NCBI GenBank assembly: GCA_963755915.1 | Contig: CAVWLP010000003.1 | Location: 640,001-704,000 of the forward strand | Length of the DNA stretch: 64,000 bases | Source: an uncultured Phycisphaerales bacterium | GTDB taxonomy: Bacteria > Planctomycetota > Phycisphaerae > Tepidisphaerales > Tepidisphaeraceae | Direction: 5' to 3' | Shown here: piece by piece, positions 9,565 through 21,632 of the stretch | How the letters are laid out: every line of letters begins with the position of its first letter | Numbering within the stretch: the first letter of the stretch is position 1 | Notes under the pieces: model-generated | Database searches by the model: none | Told to the model about the DNA's origin: nothing | The model's input: the letters and a program-made list of their open reading frames with translations, nothing else | Program-made: the position numbers and the translations under genes

Positions 9565-10937
9565 ATGTTGAGCGTACTTTATCTTTGCTGCCTGATCGTT
9601 GTGGGTTATTCGGTGGCGGCGGGATTGATGGCGCGGCGACGAAACTGGAGATTGCCGCCCTCAGCCTCTGCGTCGGTCCGGGGGTCATGGCAATGTGCCT
9701 CATATTCCTCTCGATGATGGGCCTGCGGCCGACGGCCGCGGAAATTCTTGAGATCACAGCAGGGTGGGGAATTTTGGGGATTTTCGTCTCGGTGCTGCGC
9801 CGCAAGGGCGAACCGATTGAACTTGCGCCGTCGACATATCCGCCGAAATTGTGGAGCATCGTCTGCCTGCTGGCGCTCGCATATGGCATTGCCGCGGTCG
9901 GATACGACGCGCTGAAGATTCCCGTCAGTGAGTGGGACGCGTTTGCCATCTGGCAGCTCAAGGCGGAAGTTTTGGCGATCCATCCGCTTTATCCGCGGCC
10001 CGGATATTTCTGGGATGTGAGCCTCAGCTACAGCCACTTGCGGTATCCGCTCCTGGTCCCGATGGCGTCTGCCGGCATGCACGCGATGACCGGAAGGCTC
10101 GACGATCTCGGCAAGGCAATCTCATTGCTTTGGTATCCGGGAATGTTCGCAGCCGTCTACGCCCTGGTGCGGAGGATCAACGGCGCAGCGGCCGCGCTCA
10201 CGGCGACGGCGCTGACCGCCTGTTTGATGCCGATGTGCAGATTCGCGGGATCGGGAACCGCCGAGGCGGCGCTGACGGCGTTTTACACGTGCGGCATCCT
10301 CACCATCGTGCGCTGGCGGCAGGCGCAGGCGTGGGGATACCTCATCCTGATGGCGGTCCTCAGCGCGCTCATGGCCTGGACGAAAAATGAGGGACTGGCG
10401 CTGGCGGCGATCAACGTGGTTGTGATCGCGGTGACGGGCCAAAATCGGCGGAAGTCGCTCGCCGCGGCGGCGCTGCTGGCCGCTATCGTGACTGCTGTCT
10501 ATCTGCCGTGGATTTTTTATACCTGGGGATTGCCCCGCACGGATGAAGACTATGCGGGAAGATTGCGGCTGCACCAATTCATTGCAAACGCCGGGAAAAT
10601 CTGGCCGGCCCTCATGGGCATTGGCGCGGAATTATTTGATATCACGCATTGGGGACTGCTCTGGGAAATCCTCGTCGTGCTGGCAGCGGTGCAGTGGAAG
10701 AAATTTAAGAATCCAGCAGTGGCGACGATCGGACTTCTGGTGGTGCTGCATCTGCTGGTCTACGTTCCGCCCATGGTCGTGTCGAATTGGAAGTTGGACG
10801 AATTGCTCTATACGACGTCAGAGCGGTTGATGTTGCACGTAGTGCCGGCTGCGGGGATTTTGATAGGGGTGCTGTGGCCGCGGCGGGAAGCAAATCTTAA
10901 TGGTTTGAATCAGCCAGGCGCTGCTGGACCTCTTTGA
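9565..10937 (+). CDS. Polytopic membrane protein, GT-C (ArnT/PMT-like) glycosyltransferase candidate; frameshift near the N-terminus
   Basis: More than 10 TM segments; WDAFAIWQLKA, YPLLVP, WTKNEG motifs. Confidence 0.65.
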
Positions 10938-12443
10938 GTAGCTGATCGATATCGCTGGGCCAGTGGTCGCGGGGAAGATTCTCAACCTGCTGGAAATAGT
11001 ATTCGGCCGCGGAGAAATCCTGCCGGCCCTCGGCATCGAGGCCGTTGCTGCGAAGCTGCATGGCCAGTTCGTCAAGGTCTCCGCCGGTGGATTGGCGAAG
11101 CTGCTGAACCGTCTGCTCAGCGGCCGCAGTGCTGGAGTTTGCCGGAGGCGCCGTGACAGCCGGAGGAGCGACTGCAACCACCGGTTGCGGAGCGGCGCAG
11201 GCTCGGGCGCGGGCTGTGGCGCTGGAGCGGTTACAACTGAAGCCGGCGCTGGCGTCGGAGCGACGGGCTTATCCGGGACCGGCGCAGTGCCGGAGATTGC
11301 GACTGAACCGGCGTGGGAACCTGCGCTAGACCCCACGGGAGCTGCCGATGCCACCGCCGAATCGTTCGCTGCCGGCTTCTGCGGCGTCGTGATCGGCGGA
11401 ACGTCGTCGGGGAGATTCACGTTCCAAGGCGCGGTGTGATCCGGCAGCGGCTTGGGAAGGGGCGAATCAGTCGTCGAAGTGTTGTCGGCCGGGGCGGGCG
11501 GCTGCGTGTCCTGCACCCAGGCGACGAATCGCTCGCGAAGCGATGGCACGAAATAAAACGTCGAAGCGGCGCCACCGGCGACAAGAAGCAGGATCGCCGC
11601 GGTGAGGATTCCATGCCCGCCGCGCCGTCGCGAACCGCCCACGCTGCTGTCCATCGTTGGGTCGTATTGGAGGCTGAAAGCAGCGGCAAGCTCGCGCGGC
11701 GTAAGAACGCCTTCCTGCGGACGCTGCCGTGGGCGAGACTGGAGCTCGGTAGGCGCGTTGTGCGGCGACGGAATCTGGGCCAGCTCGGCCATGGTTTCCG
11801 CGGCCGAGGGAATCTGCGACGGCGGACGCCCCTGACGATCAATTGGACGGTCGATTTCCGATTCAGCCGGATTCTGGCTGCGCGAAGAAGAGTCCGTTTC
11901 AGGGGGACGCGTGTCTCTCGGCTCGGCCGGTCGCTGGACCACTTCCCGATAGACGGGCTTGCTTGCCTGCGGCTCGGTTTCCAGCAAGACGTCTGGATTC
12001 GGCGGAAGTTCCTGCGAACGCGAGCAACGTGGGCAGAATGTGGAAGTTCGCTGAAGCTCGGCCCCGCACGAATAGCAGAGCCCGAATTCCCGGCTGATCC
12101 CCTTCACCCGGGCGGCGAAACGCCAGAGCTGAAATGTTGTCGGCCCGCGAATGACGGATCGTGGGGTCACCTGCCCTTTGCGAATCAGGGCCAGCAGCGT
12201 GTTGCACTTCATCCCCGGCGCCGATGGATTGCGCGACTGCATCACATACCACGGCCCGATGCGGGCTCGAGTGGCCTGGCGCGTCAGCGCAGAGTTTTCC
12301 ATCTTGCAGCGCGGGCACGCGGCATCATTCTTCTCCGCGATCGCGCCGCAGAACGGGCAGACGGACATAACCGCAGCCGATGGTTTGGACACCTCGGCGG
12401 TTCGCTCCGTCTCTTCGGGTATGGTGTCGAACGATCGTGTCAT
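10897..12443 (-). CDS. Zinc-ribbon/GYF_2-like domain membrane protein with Pro-rich linker (frameshift near 11190)
   Basis: CPFC..CPRC, GPWYV..LIRKGQVTPRSVIRGPTT..W, CYSC..CPRC, one TM helix, helical tail in a second frame. Confidence 0.65.
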
Positions 12444-12650
12444 CGATGTGTCGCCAATCGCATTGGACCCGCTAACGCATGACCGCGCAGAATAATACCG
12501 CGCTGTCGCTGCTGGGTCTGAAGCGACCGATTGGTTGAAGTAAGGCTACCCAAGTTTGCCGCGCCCGTCCACTGTCGAAACCGGGAATGACAGGAAAAAA
12601 TTGGGCGGAGGTTATTCGCCAAACCATTCATTTGGCAGTCTTTGCGCGAA

Positions 12651-13190
12651 TTAACCCGGATTCAGTGCCACTTTGGGAAAATCGACCTCGGTTTGATTCA
12701 TATTATTGAAGTAATTCGTGAAGCAGTTGAGTACGACGTTGGCGACGACCTCTGCAATCTCCCCATCGTCCAGCCCGGCGGCATGGGCCGCGACAACGTC
12801 GGAATCTGAAACCGTCCCCCGGCTGGCGATGATCTGGCGAGCCAGGGCGATGGCCATGTTGGTTTTGCCATCGGATGATTTCCCCAGCCGGGCGTCGCGA
12901 ATGGCGGCATCGTCCAGCCCGGCGCTCTTCCCCATGACGTGGTGGGCGGCAAGGCAGTATGCGCTATTATTGCTCTGTGCGACCGTGATGGCGATCGCCT
13001 CGCGGATTTTGGCGTCAAGCTTCCCCTCGCGCAGGGCGCCGCTGAATTTGAGATACGCGTCGAGAACGACGGGGCTGTTGGCCATGCCGCGGAAGATGTT
13101 CAGGAGCATTTTCTTCGATTCGAGCTCTGCCATGAGCTGCTGCGATAGAGGACTGGCCTGCGATTTTTCAAGACACTTCAGACGCGGCAT
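12651..13190 (-). CDS. Carboxymuconolactone decarboxylase/AhpD-like protein
   Basis: NIFRGMANSP, REAIAITVAQSNNSAYCLAAH, FTNYFN..TEVDFP. Confidence 0.88.
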   Translation of the reverse strand: MPRLKCLEKSQASPLSQQLMAELESKKMLLNIFRGMANSPVVLDAYLKFSGALREGKLDAKIREAIAITVAQSNNSAYCLAAHHVMGKSAGLDDAAIRDARLGKSSDGKTNMAIALARQIIASRGTVSDSDVVAAHAAGLDDGEIAEVVANVVLNCFTNYFNNMNQTEVDFPKVALNPG

Positions 13191-13258
13191 GGTTGGTTCC
13201 TCCGGTTAAGATTTCGCAAAGATTAACCGGCCAGTTTGAAAAGAGAAATGTGGGAAGT

Positions 13259-14073
13259 CTATCGCCGCATTTCGCGGAGGAGCTCGGCGTGGGCCGCCGG
13301 GCCGGCCAGCAAGTACGGCACCTTGGCGCCGCGATAGCCCGCCAGATTGAACGGGAAGATCGGCTTTCCCGCCGGGTCGGTGACGATCGCGCCGGCTTCA
13401 ATGGCAATCGCCGCCGATGCGGCAATGTCCCAGAGCTTGCCGTTCAGCGTAACCGCCCCGTGGGCGATGCCCGCGGCAACATTGACGGCCTCAATGGCCG
13501 CGGAGCCCAGCATGCGGATTTTCCAATTGGTCTGGTCCAGCCAGCGCCGGGCATAGGCGGGAGCTTTGCCGTCGGGTAGAAGCAGGTTGCTGGTGAGCAT
13601 GAGCATGGGACCGTCCCCCATGGGGGTTTTGAGCGCTTCCAGCCGGCGCGTTCCAAGCCAGGCGCCGTGCCCCTGCGCGGCAGCGTAAAGCTGATCGCGG
13701 GTAACGTCATAAACAACCCCGAGCACGGGATTGCCGCCGTCGAGCAGCCCAATGCAGACGGCGAAGATTCCGAGCCCGGAGATGAAATTGTTGGTCCCGT
13801 CGATCGGGTCGATCACCCAGTTTCGTCCCGAGGGATTGGAAACGTCGAAGGTGATCGCATCGCCGGTTTCGTTTTCCTCGCCGACGATTCCATCCGTGGG
13901 AAATTTCTTTCGCAGCGCCGAAACGATAAGCCGCTGGCTGGCGCGGTCGGCATCGGTGACGGCCTCGTTGTGCCGCTTAACAAGCCGATCGACTTTTCCG
14001 TAATTTTCCAGGACCAGCGCCCCGCGGCGCGGGCGAGTTCAGCGGTGAATTGCAGCTCTTCAGACAGGCTCAT
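13259..14073 (-). CDS. Inositol monophosphatase family protein (frameshifted)
   Basis: IDPIDGTNNF, RMLGSAA, WDIAA; N-terminus MSLSEELQFTAELARAAG in another frame. Confidence 0.85.
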
Positions 14074-14854
14074 GAGCGCCGAGGTTAACGAGATGCTCGG
14101 CCGCGTCAAACCAGGCGACCCCAAAGCGATGCCGACCCAGCAGAAGAATCGTCCCCTGCGCGACCGGGGTCAGGGCGGGATCCTTGAGAGCCTCCTGGAG
14201 CCCGTTCGGCGTGCAGTGAACCGCCAAGACGGCGTCGTGCTCTTCGGGGAGGAGCATTTGTTCGATCTCGCCGCGCGTACGCTTTGATTTCACCCCGAAG
14301 ATCAATTCGGGCTGGCAGATGGCGACGTCTTCAACCACGCCGATACAGGCGATCTGGGCGATGTCGGAGTCGGTGAACCCCAGCTCCTCCGACAGTTCGC
14401 GCCGGACTTGCGCAAAAACATCCACCGGGTGCGACGGCTCCAGCGCCCCGGCAAATGGATGAACACGCGAGGGATAGTAGGCAACGCTGGCGTTTCTTCG
14501 GCCCATGAGCAGAAAGCCGTCGGTGCTTTCAAGAGCGCAGCTCATCCCCACGGCGTTGGACAGGGCCGCGGCGCCGAAACGCTCGGCCAGGCAGGCATTG
14601 TTGAGATTGGTGCCCCAGAAAATACGGTAGGACGTTGGGCTTAGATCAAGCTCAAGCTTTTCGTTTGCGACCACCTGCTCCAGCCGGCACATCGGGCCGT
14701 CGAAAAGCTTTTTGCCGGGCAATTGCTGGGCCTGGTCCCACGCCTGCTGGATAACTCGTTCGATGTCAGGGTGAATTGGCCGGCGGTTTTCGACCCAGCG
14801 GGCAACCACTTCCGATGGTTTCCAGTATCCCGTGGCCTGGACGCGCAACTTCAT
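14060..14854 (-). CDS. NUDIX-family hydrolase
   Basis: LFDGPMCRL, RRELSEELG Nudix box. Confidence 0.75.
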   Translation of the reverse strand: MKLRVQATGYWKPSEVVARWVENRRPIHPDIERVIQQAWDQAQQLPGKKLFDGPMCRLEQVVANEKLELDLSPTSYRIFWGTNLNNACLAERFGAAALSNAVGMSCALESTDGFLLMGRRNASVAYYPSRVHPFAGALEPSHPVDVFAQVRRELSEELGFTDSDIAQIACIGVVEDVAICQPELIFGVKSKRTRGEIEQMLLPEEHDAVLAVHCTPNGLQEALKDPALTPVAQGTILLLGRHRFGVAWFDAAEHLVNLGAHEPV

Positions 14855-16893
14855 CCAATCACATTAACAGGCGGCAGCGTAAATGAGAACGTACTTCCTT
14901 TGTCCGGCTCACTGGAAATTTCCAGCTTGGCGCCCATGAGCTCGACGAGTCGCTTGGAAATGGGCAGCCCCATCCCAGTGCCGCCGGTTTTAGCGCGTTG
15001 GGGACTCTTTAGTTGAACGAACTCATCAAAGAGTCCGTTCATATTTTCAGCCGGGATGCCCACACCGGTATCGGTGACGTCAAAACGCAGGGAGCGGTTG
15101 TCCAGCAGATTGGCTTCGACGGAAACCTCCCCACGCTGGGTGAACTTGATGGCGTTGTCGATCAGAATTCCCAGCAGCCGCGAAAGGCGAATCTTGTCCA
15201 CCCGCAGGCGAAGCTTGGGGCTGGAGGTGGTGCAGGTGAACCGAAGATGTTTCTCGGCCGCGAAGGGCTGATATCGCCGCGCAACCTCATCGAGCCAGGG
15301 GCCAAGCTCGATCTCGACTTCGTTCAGATCGACCGCGCCCAGATCCAGGCGGGTGAGTTCGATCGAGTCGGTAACCAGCGAAACGAGGCTCGTGCTGGTG
15401 CGCTGAAGCTCCTGCGCAACCTCGGGGATCTCATCGGTTTGCGTTGGATCGTGCGCGGACTTCCCCAAAAGCTCGGCGAGAAGATTGATCGCATTTGCCG
15501 GCGTGCGAAGATCGTGGGCCAGCGCCGCAAGGAACCGCCCCTTGCGCGACGAAACGTCGCTGGCCTGCCGGCGGCGGCGCTCCAGCTCCTGCTGAAGCGA
15601 TCGGTTGGCGCTGATATCGACGAACGCGCTGATCGCCCCCGCGATGCGCCCGCCGCGGTCGCGGATCGGGGCGGCGTTGCAGAGCGTCGTCAGAACCATG
15701 CCGTCGGCCAGGCGGATGTCTAACTCCATGGCCGCGGTCACTTCCCCTCGGAGCGCGCGAAGCAACGGGTCGCGCCCGCGGGGGATTTCGCCTTTCGGAC
15801 CGATCAAGATCATCGGCGGCCACTGGCTGGCGTCGGCTTCGACGACCTCGGGGAATCCAAGCATCGCCGCCGCCGCGGGGTTGCAGACCAGCCGCGAGGC
15901 GGCCGCATCCGTGCGCAGAATTCCGAACGGAACGGCGTCGACAATCGTTTGCAACTCACCATGCTCGTCTTCAAGCTGCTCGACAAGCTTGGTGGCGGCC
16001 AGGCTGACCGAAGCCTGGGCTGCCAGCGATTCTACCACGGAAACATCGCTTTCGGTCCAGCCGCGGGGCTGCGGGCTGTAGATGACCAATGCGCCGACGG
16101 TGTTTGCCCCACTCTTGAGAGGCGCGCCCAACATGGCTTGAAACGCCTCCCCGTCGCGGACGCGCTCCGGCTTGATTTCGGGACGCTGCGAGACGCTCTC
16201 GATTCCCAGCGTCTTCTGCTCCGCGATAATTTGCCCGGCAAATAGCCCCGCCGGCGGTGCGCTGGTGGTTTCCGGTTCGCCCTTGCCGAAGCCTTCGCGG
16301 GCCGTCATTTCGATGGTTTGCCCGCGCGTTTCCCAGATCGCCGCGCTGACGGACGCCCCCAGCAGATGGTGAATGGTCTGCGCGATTGCCGCGAAGATGT
16401 CCTGGCGATTCTGCCCGACCGTCAAGGAACGGGAAAGCTTCAACAACACTTCCATCGTCTCCTGGCGCTCGACGAGGCCTTCGTTGCTCATGCGCAGTTC
16501 CTGCTCGCGGCGATGCAATTCCTCGCCGCGCAGGTTGTAGACGGCCTCGGTGTGGATGACGACGTTGACGATCGCGGCCACCACGATCATGTCCAGCATC
16601 AGGAGGGCAAATCCGCCGATGCGCTGATCCATCGGTGTTTCGCTGACGTGAAAATTCAGCACGAACTTGGTCGCCGCCATGAGGGCAAAAAGCCCCGCCA
16701 TGATCCAGACATAGCGCGGCCGGCGCGTCCAGCCGACCAGGACGATGGGCAACCCATATCCGATCCCCACGGAAGCGTGCGCGAACACATACAGCCGCAG
16801 CCACGCGACGATAATGAACAGCACCGCGCAGACAGCAACCGAGGCCCCGACCGAAGGCTGACGCCAGTTGGACCCGACAGGCCGATCGTTCAT
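14851..16893 (-). CDS. Membrane sensor histidine kinase (TM-GAF-PAS-HisKA-HATPase)
   Basis: HDLRTP H-box, DNAIKFT, DTGVGI, GTGMGL. Confidence 0.92.
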   Translation of the reverse strand: MNDRPVGSNWRQPSVGASVAVCAVLFIIVAWLRLYVFAHASVGIGYGLPIVLVGWTRRPRYVWIMAGLFALMAATKFVLNFHVSETPMDQRIGGFALLMLDMIVVAAIVNVVIHTEAVYNLRGEELHRREQELRMSNEGLVERQETMEVLLKLSRSLTVGQNRQDIFAAIAQTIHHLLGASVSAAIWETRGQTIEMTAREGFGKGEPETTSAPPAGLFAGQIIAEQKTLGIESVSQRPEIKPERVRDGEAFQAMLGAPLKSGANTVGALVIYSPQPRGWTESDVSVVESLAAQASVSLAATKLVEQLEDEHGELQTIVDAVPFGILRTDAAASRLVCNPAAAAMLGFPEVVEADASQWPPMILIGPKGEIPRGRDPLLRALRGEVTAAMELDIRLADGMVLTTLCNAAPIRDRGGRIAGAISAFVDISANRSLQQELERRRRQASDVSSRKGRFLAALAHDLRTPANAINLLAELLGKSAHDPTQTDEIPEVAQELQRTSTSLVSLVTDSIELTRLDLGAVDLNEVEIELGPWLDEVARRYQPFAAEKHLRFTCTTSSPKLRLRVDKIRLSRLLGILIDNAIKFTQRGEVSVEANLLDNRSLRFDVTDTGVGIPAENMNGLFDEFVQLKSPQRAKTGGTGMGLPISKRLVELMGAKLEISSEPDKGSTFSFTLPPVNVIG

Positions 16894-16962
16894 GCGTAGG
16901 ACTCGTTCTCGATCAAGACAAGTGCCGATGGAAATGCTCTGCGAACCGGAATCGAACCCGGT

Positions 16963-19900
16963 TCACGCATCAAAATACTTTGCCTGCGGGTGATGTACAA
17001 CCAGTGCATCCGTAGATTGCTCGGGCTGAAGCATGAAATTCTCGCTCAGTTGAACGCCTATCAGCTCGGCCTTCAACAATTCGACAATTTTAACACGGTC
17101 TTCGAGGTTTGGGCAGGCGGGGTAACCGAGGCTGTATCGGCTGCCGCGGTAGCCCTGGTGGAAAAGTTCTTCTATGCCGGCGGCATCTTCGCTCCCGAAA
17201 CCGAGCTCCTGCCGCATGTATTTGTGCCAGTATTCCGCCAGTGCCTCCGCCGACTCTACCCCGAAACCGTGCAGGAAAAGATAATCCTGGTACTTGTTCT
17301 CTTTGCGAAGCGCCTCGGCAGCCTCGGTGGCGTGATCGCCGATGGTGACAAGCTGGAGACCCAAAACGTCAAATTCACCCGAAGATTTTGGCCGGAAGAA
17401 ATCGGCGATGCAAAGCCGCCGCCGGCCGGTTTGGCGTGGGAACGAAAACCGCATCCGCTCGCGCGGTGAATTGCGCGGGCTTCGGCCGCCGGCCGCGAAA
17501 TCTTCGTGGTGATAAACGATCAGATCGTCCCCATCCGCCTGGACAGGAAAATATCCGTAAACGACTTTGGGCTGGATCAGCCGCTCGTCGAGGCTCCGCC
17601 GTTTCAGCGCTTCAAAAACCGGCTCGGCCTTCCCCGCGATGAGCTTGCGATATTCCTCCGGTGAAAGGCCCTTCTGCTTGAACCCCCATTGCCCGGTGAA
17701 GACCGCCGTCTTGTTGATGAACGGAAAAACGTTACGCGGAGAAATATTTTCCACCACCACGGGCCCCCAGAACGGCGGATTGGGAACCGGATTGTCGTGG
17801 GCCACGGCCGGCTCGGCCTTCTCGCCCGCGATGATGTGGCCGAATTTCTTCTCGCTCTCAGCCCGAAGCGCCTTGCGCCGCTGGGCGCGCTCGCGCTGCC
17901 GCGTCGCGGCATCGGCCACGGCGCCGGTCGAAATCTCATCCATCATGTGCAGGCCTTCAAACGCATCCTTGCAATAAAGAAGCGGCCCGCGATAAAGCTC
18001 GGCAAGCGTGTCCTCGGCATAATCGCGCGTGAGCGCCGCCCCGCCCAGCAGAACGGGAATCGTCACCCCAAGGGCGTTCAACTCTTCGAGATTTTCTTTC
18101 ATCACCGCCACCGATTTCACCAGCAGTCCACTCATACCGATCGCATGCGCCGATTTTTCCTTCGCCGCCTTCATGATCTCTCCAAGCGGCTGCTTGATCC
18201 CCAGGTTAAAGACGGTGTACCCATTGTTGGTCAGAATGATGTCGACAAGATTCTTCCCGATGTCATGAACGTCGCCCTTCACGGTGGCCAGAACGATCCG
18301 CCCTTTGCTCTGGCCGTCGATCTTCTCCATCATCGGTTCGAGATAGGCGACCGCCGCCTTCATCGTCTCCGCGCTCTGAAGCACAAACGGCAGCTGCATC
18401 TGCCCGCTGCCGAAGAGGTCCCCCACCACTTTCATCCCATCCAGGAGAATTTCATTGATGATCTGAAGCGGCGGATGTGTTTTAAGTGCTTCGTCCAGAT
18501 GCGACGTCAGCTCGCGCTTTTCCCCGTCGATGATGTGACGCTTGAGCTTTTCCTCTATCGGCAAATTGTCCGGAACTTTTTCCTTCGCCGTCTCCTCGCC
18601 ATCGGGAAAAAGCGAAATGAAATGGGTAAGAGGATCGAATCCCTCCCGTCGCCGGTCATAAATCAAATCCATCGCCGCGTTCCATTTGTCATCTTCAATC
18701 TTGTTGCGCGGAAGAATCTTGCTTGCATGTGCAATCGCCGCGGTGAGGCCCGCTTCGATCAGCTCATGCAGAAACGCGCTGTTAAGCACAACCCGCGCCT
18801 GCGGCTTAAGACCAAAGCTGACATTGCTCAGCCCCACGACCGTGTGACACTTGGGCAGTTCCCGGCTGATGCGCCGGGTGCCTTCGATCGTCTCCAGCGC
18901 ATTGCGCCGGTCTTCCTCAATGCCCGTGCTGATCGGCAAAACCAGCGGATCGAAAAGGATATCCTCATCCTTCAGCCCATATTTAACCGCCAGATCGCGA
19001 ATACGCGTGGCGATTGAAATCTTCCGATCCGCCGTGCGCGCCATCGCCGACTGCTTGTCCTCGTCGATGGTTCCCGCCACGACGGCCGCGCCGAATTTCT
19101 TCGCCAGGCGCAGATCTTCGCGATCCGCTCTTCCCCATCTTCCAGGTTCATCGAATTCAGCACGCATCGCCCGCCGGCCAGCTTCAGCCCGGCCTCCATC
19201 ACCTCGGCATTGGTGCTGTCGAGCATAAGAGGGCCGTGCAGCGAATTCACAAAACGCCCGGCAACTTCTGTCATATCCGCAACGCCATCGCGGCCCACAA
19301 AATCCACGCACACATCCAGCAGGTGCGAGCCATCGCGCAGTTCGTCTCGCCCCATGCCGACCAGGGCATCCCAGTTGTTCTCCTGGAGCAGCCGCTTGAA
19401 CTGCCGGCTGCCGTTGGTGTTCGTGCGCTCCGCGACGATTAGATAGCTCGTCTCCTGCCGAATATCGACGGCGCTGTAAAGGCTCGAAACCTGCGGCTTG
19501 CAAACCGGCGACCGCTTCTTCGCCGGCCGCAATCCCACGGCTTCGCACAGCAGCTTCAAATGCTCGACCGTCGTCCCACAGCACCCCCCAACAATATTGA
19601 CCCCAAACTCCTCCACGAACCGCATCACACCCTTGGTGAAATCCGGCGGCGACATCGGAAAGTGCGCCTTGTTATTCACATAAACCGGCAGCCCCGCATT
19701 CGGCAAAACGCTCACGAACCGCGGCCAGCTTTCGCAGATATATCGCACCGTCTCCGTCAGCTCGTACGGCCCAAAAGCGCAGTTCAATCCCAGCACGTCG
19801 ACTTCATCAAACGGCTGAATCGCCGCCACCAGCGCCGTCGGATCCGATCCGGTCAGCATCTGCCGCCCATTTTGCTGGTCCATCGACGCCTGCACCATGA

Positions 19901-20462
19901 TCGGCACCCGCCGGCCGACATCCGCGAACGCGCGATTCGCCGCCGCGATCGCGCATTTAATCGCCAGCAAATCCTGCTGCGTCTCGATCAGCAAAACATC
20001 CGCGCCCCCCTGGAGCAATCCCAGCATCTGCTCGAAGAAGCTGTGCTCCATCTGGTCCCAGTTGATCTGCCCGAGGGTGATGATCTTGGTGCCCGGCCCA
20101 ATCGACCCGATCACATAGCGCGGCCGGTCCGGCGTTTCAAACTTGTCGCACGCCCGCCGGGCTATCTGCGCCGAGAGCCGGTTGATCTCCACGGTCTGCT
20201 CAACCAACCCCGCCTCAGCAAGCACAATCCGGCTGCCGCCAAAAGAGTTGGTCTCAACCGCGTCGCATCCCACCGCGAGAAAGCTCTCGTGAATCTGCGA
20301 AATAATGTCCGGCCGGCTGAGATTCAGGATCTCACAGCAGTTCTCCTGTTGTCGCCAATCCTCGGCCAGGTCCAGCGGAAATGTCTGCAGGGTAGCCCCC
20401 ATCGCGCCGTCGAGGATGACGACGCGTTCGCGAGCCAAATCTAGAAATGGCTTTCGTGACAT
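16963..20462 (-). CDS. metH: Cobalamin-dependent methionine synthase (frameshift near 19115)
   Basis: DGAMG, GLNCA, PNAGLP, GGCCGT, ERTNTNGS, DVHDIGKN B12 motif, RYSLGYPACP. Confidence 0.95.
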
Positions 20463-20556
20463 CACAAACTCCGCGATTCTTTGTTGGTCGCGATGCAACC
20501 GTTTAGCCGCGACCCGCAGGGGAGCGATCTGCTCCCAAAACAAAAACAGCCATGCA

Positions 20557-20585
20557 AGTATAGGTCCAGTACGGATGCCGGTAAA
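20557..20585 (-). promoter_or_regulatory. Candidate sigma70 promoter for metH
   Basis: TTTACC-N17-TATACT. Confidence 0.45.
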
Positions 20586-20663
20586 ACTAGCATCGGACGA
20601 TAGTAAGGTGAGCGTTTGGAAAACTTGACCGATACAGAAAGTCCGCCCTTGCAAGTAAAGCGG

Positions 20664-20963
20664 CTAGGCGGCACGTCCGCCCCATGGCCTTATTTTTTGC
20701 AGGACCTTCGATAATGCTGCCTGGGCCACTTCGCTGTCGTGTGCCGCCTGGGCTCGCAGCCAATACCCGTTGGAAAGTCCGAAGAACCTGCAAAGCCGAA
20801 GGTCCGTATCCGCGGTGATAGAGCGCTTACCTGTGATGATTTGCCCAATACGCTGAGCCGGCACCCCAATTTCACGCGCCACGCGGTATTGCGACAGTCC
20901 CGTAGGCACAAGAAATTCCTCTCGAAGAAGCTCGCCCGGAGTGACTGGTTTTAGTTTTCGCAT
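20664..20963 (-). CDS. higA: HigA-family addiction module antitoxin (HTH)
   Basis: TPGELLREEFL..SQYRVA..GKRSITADTDLRLCRFFGLSNGYWLRAQ. Confidence 0.88.
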   Translation of the reverse strand: MRKLKPVTPGELLREEFLVPTGLSQYRVAREIGVPAQRIGQIITGKRSITADTDLRLCRFFGLSNGYWLRAQAAHDSEVAQAALSKVLQKIRPWGGRAA

Positions 20964-21011
20964 GAGCCGACTCTCAATGATAGTCAATGATCATCCATCG
21001 GCACAGGCGAT

Positions 21012-21617
21012 TCATCCGATCCTCGCTTCAACCGCCGGAGGAATCGTCCCACACTCCGGGCACCGCTGCGGCGTACCCCGCAGATCGTACCCACATGCCA
21101 CGCACTGGCCCATCGCGAATCGCCTTTGTCGCCTGCGGCGTTTCGTAAATGCAACAAATCGCCACGTCGGCAGCGAAGCGGTCAGCACCGCGATCAACCA
21201 GTTGTCGATGTAGAAGTTGTGTGACCGAGACACTTGAGTCGTCACCGGGCCGATATTCGCGTCAATGCCGTATGATTCGGTCCGGTAGAATCCAAATCCA
21301 ATCCCCGTTCTGCCTGTCGGCCCGCGAAAGGTCGGCATACTGAAATGGAATAGTGCCTCGAAGCCTGACGCCTGCGTTGCCGCACCTATTTGAATCTTGG
21401 GATTCGGGCTGGCGGAATTCAGGATCACCGCCTGGAACCACTGCGAATGGGATAGCCGGAAGTTGCCTCCACCCGCGCTGAATTGCCATGTACCGTTCGG
21501 ACTCGAAAAAATATCGCTACGCCAATATCCCACTATCCAGGCAGCGAGATTGAGAACGAAAAGAATGGCACAGAATACTGCGAGCGATGTGAGGATTCGT
21601 CTCAAGGCCTTCCTCAA
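21012..21617 (-). CDS. Hypothetical 2-TM protein with C-terminal zinc ribbon
   Basis: CVACGYDLRGTPQRCPECG after an Arg-rich post-TM segment. Confidence 0.75.
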   Translation of the reverse strand: MRKALRRILTSLAVFCAILFVLNLAAWIVGYWRSDIFSSPNGTWQFSAGGGNFRLSHSQWFQAVILNSASPNPKIQIGAATQASGFEALFHFSMPTFRGPTGRTGIGFGFYRTESYGIDANIGPVTTQVSRSHNFYIDNWLIAVLTASLPTWRFVAFTKRRRRQRRFAMGQCVACGYDLRGTPQRCPECGTIPPAVEARIG

Positions 21618-21632
21618 TCCGGCACGCCAAAG

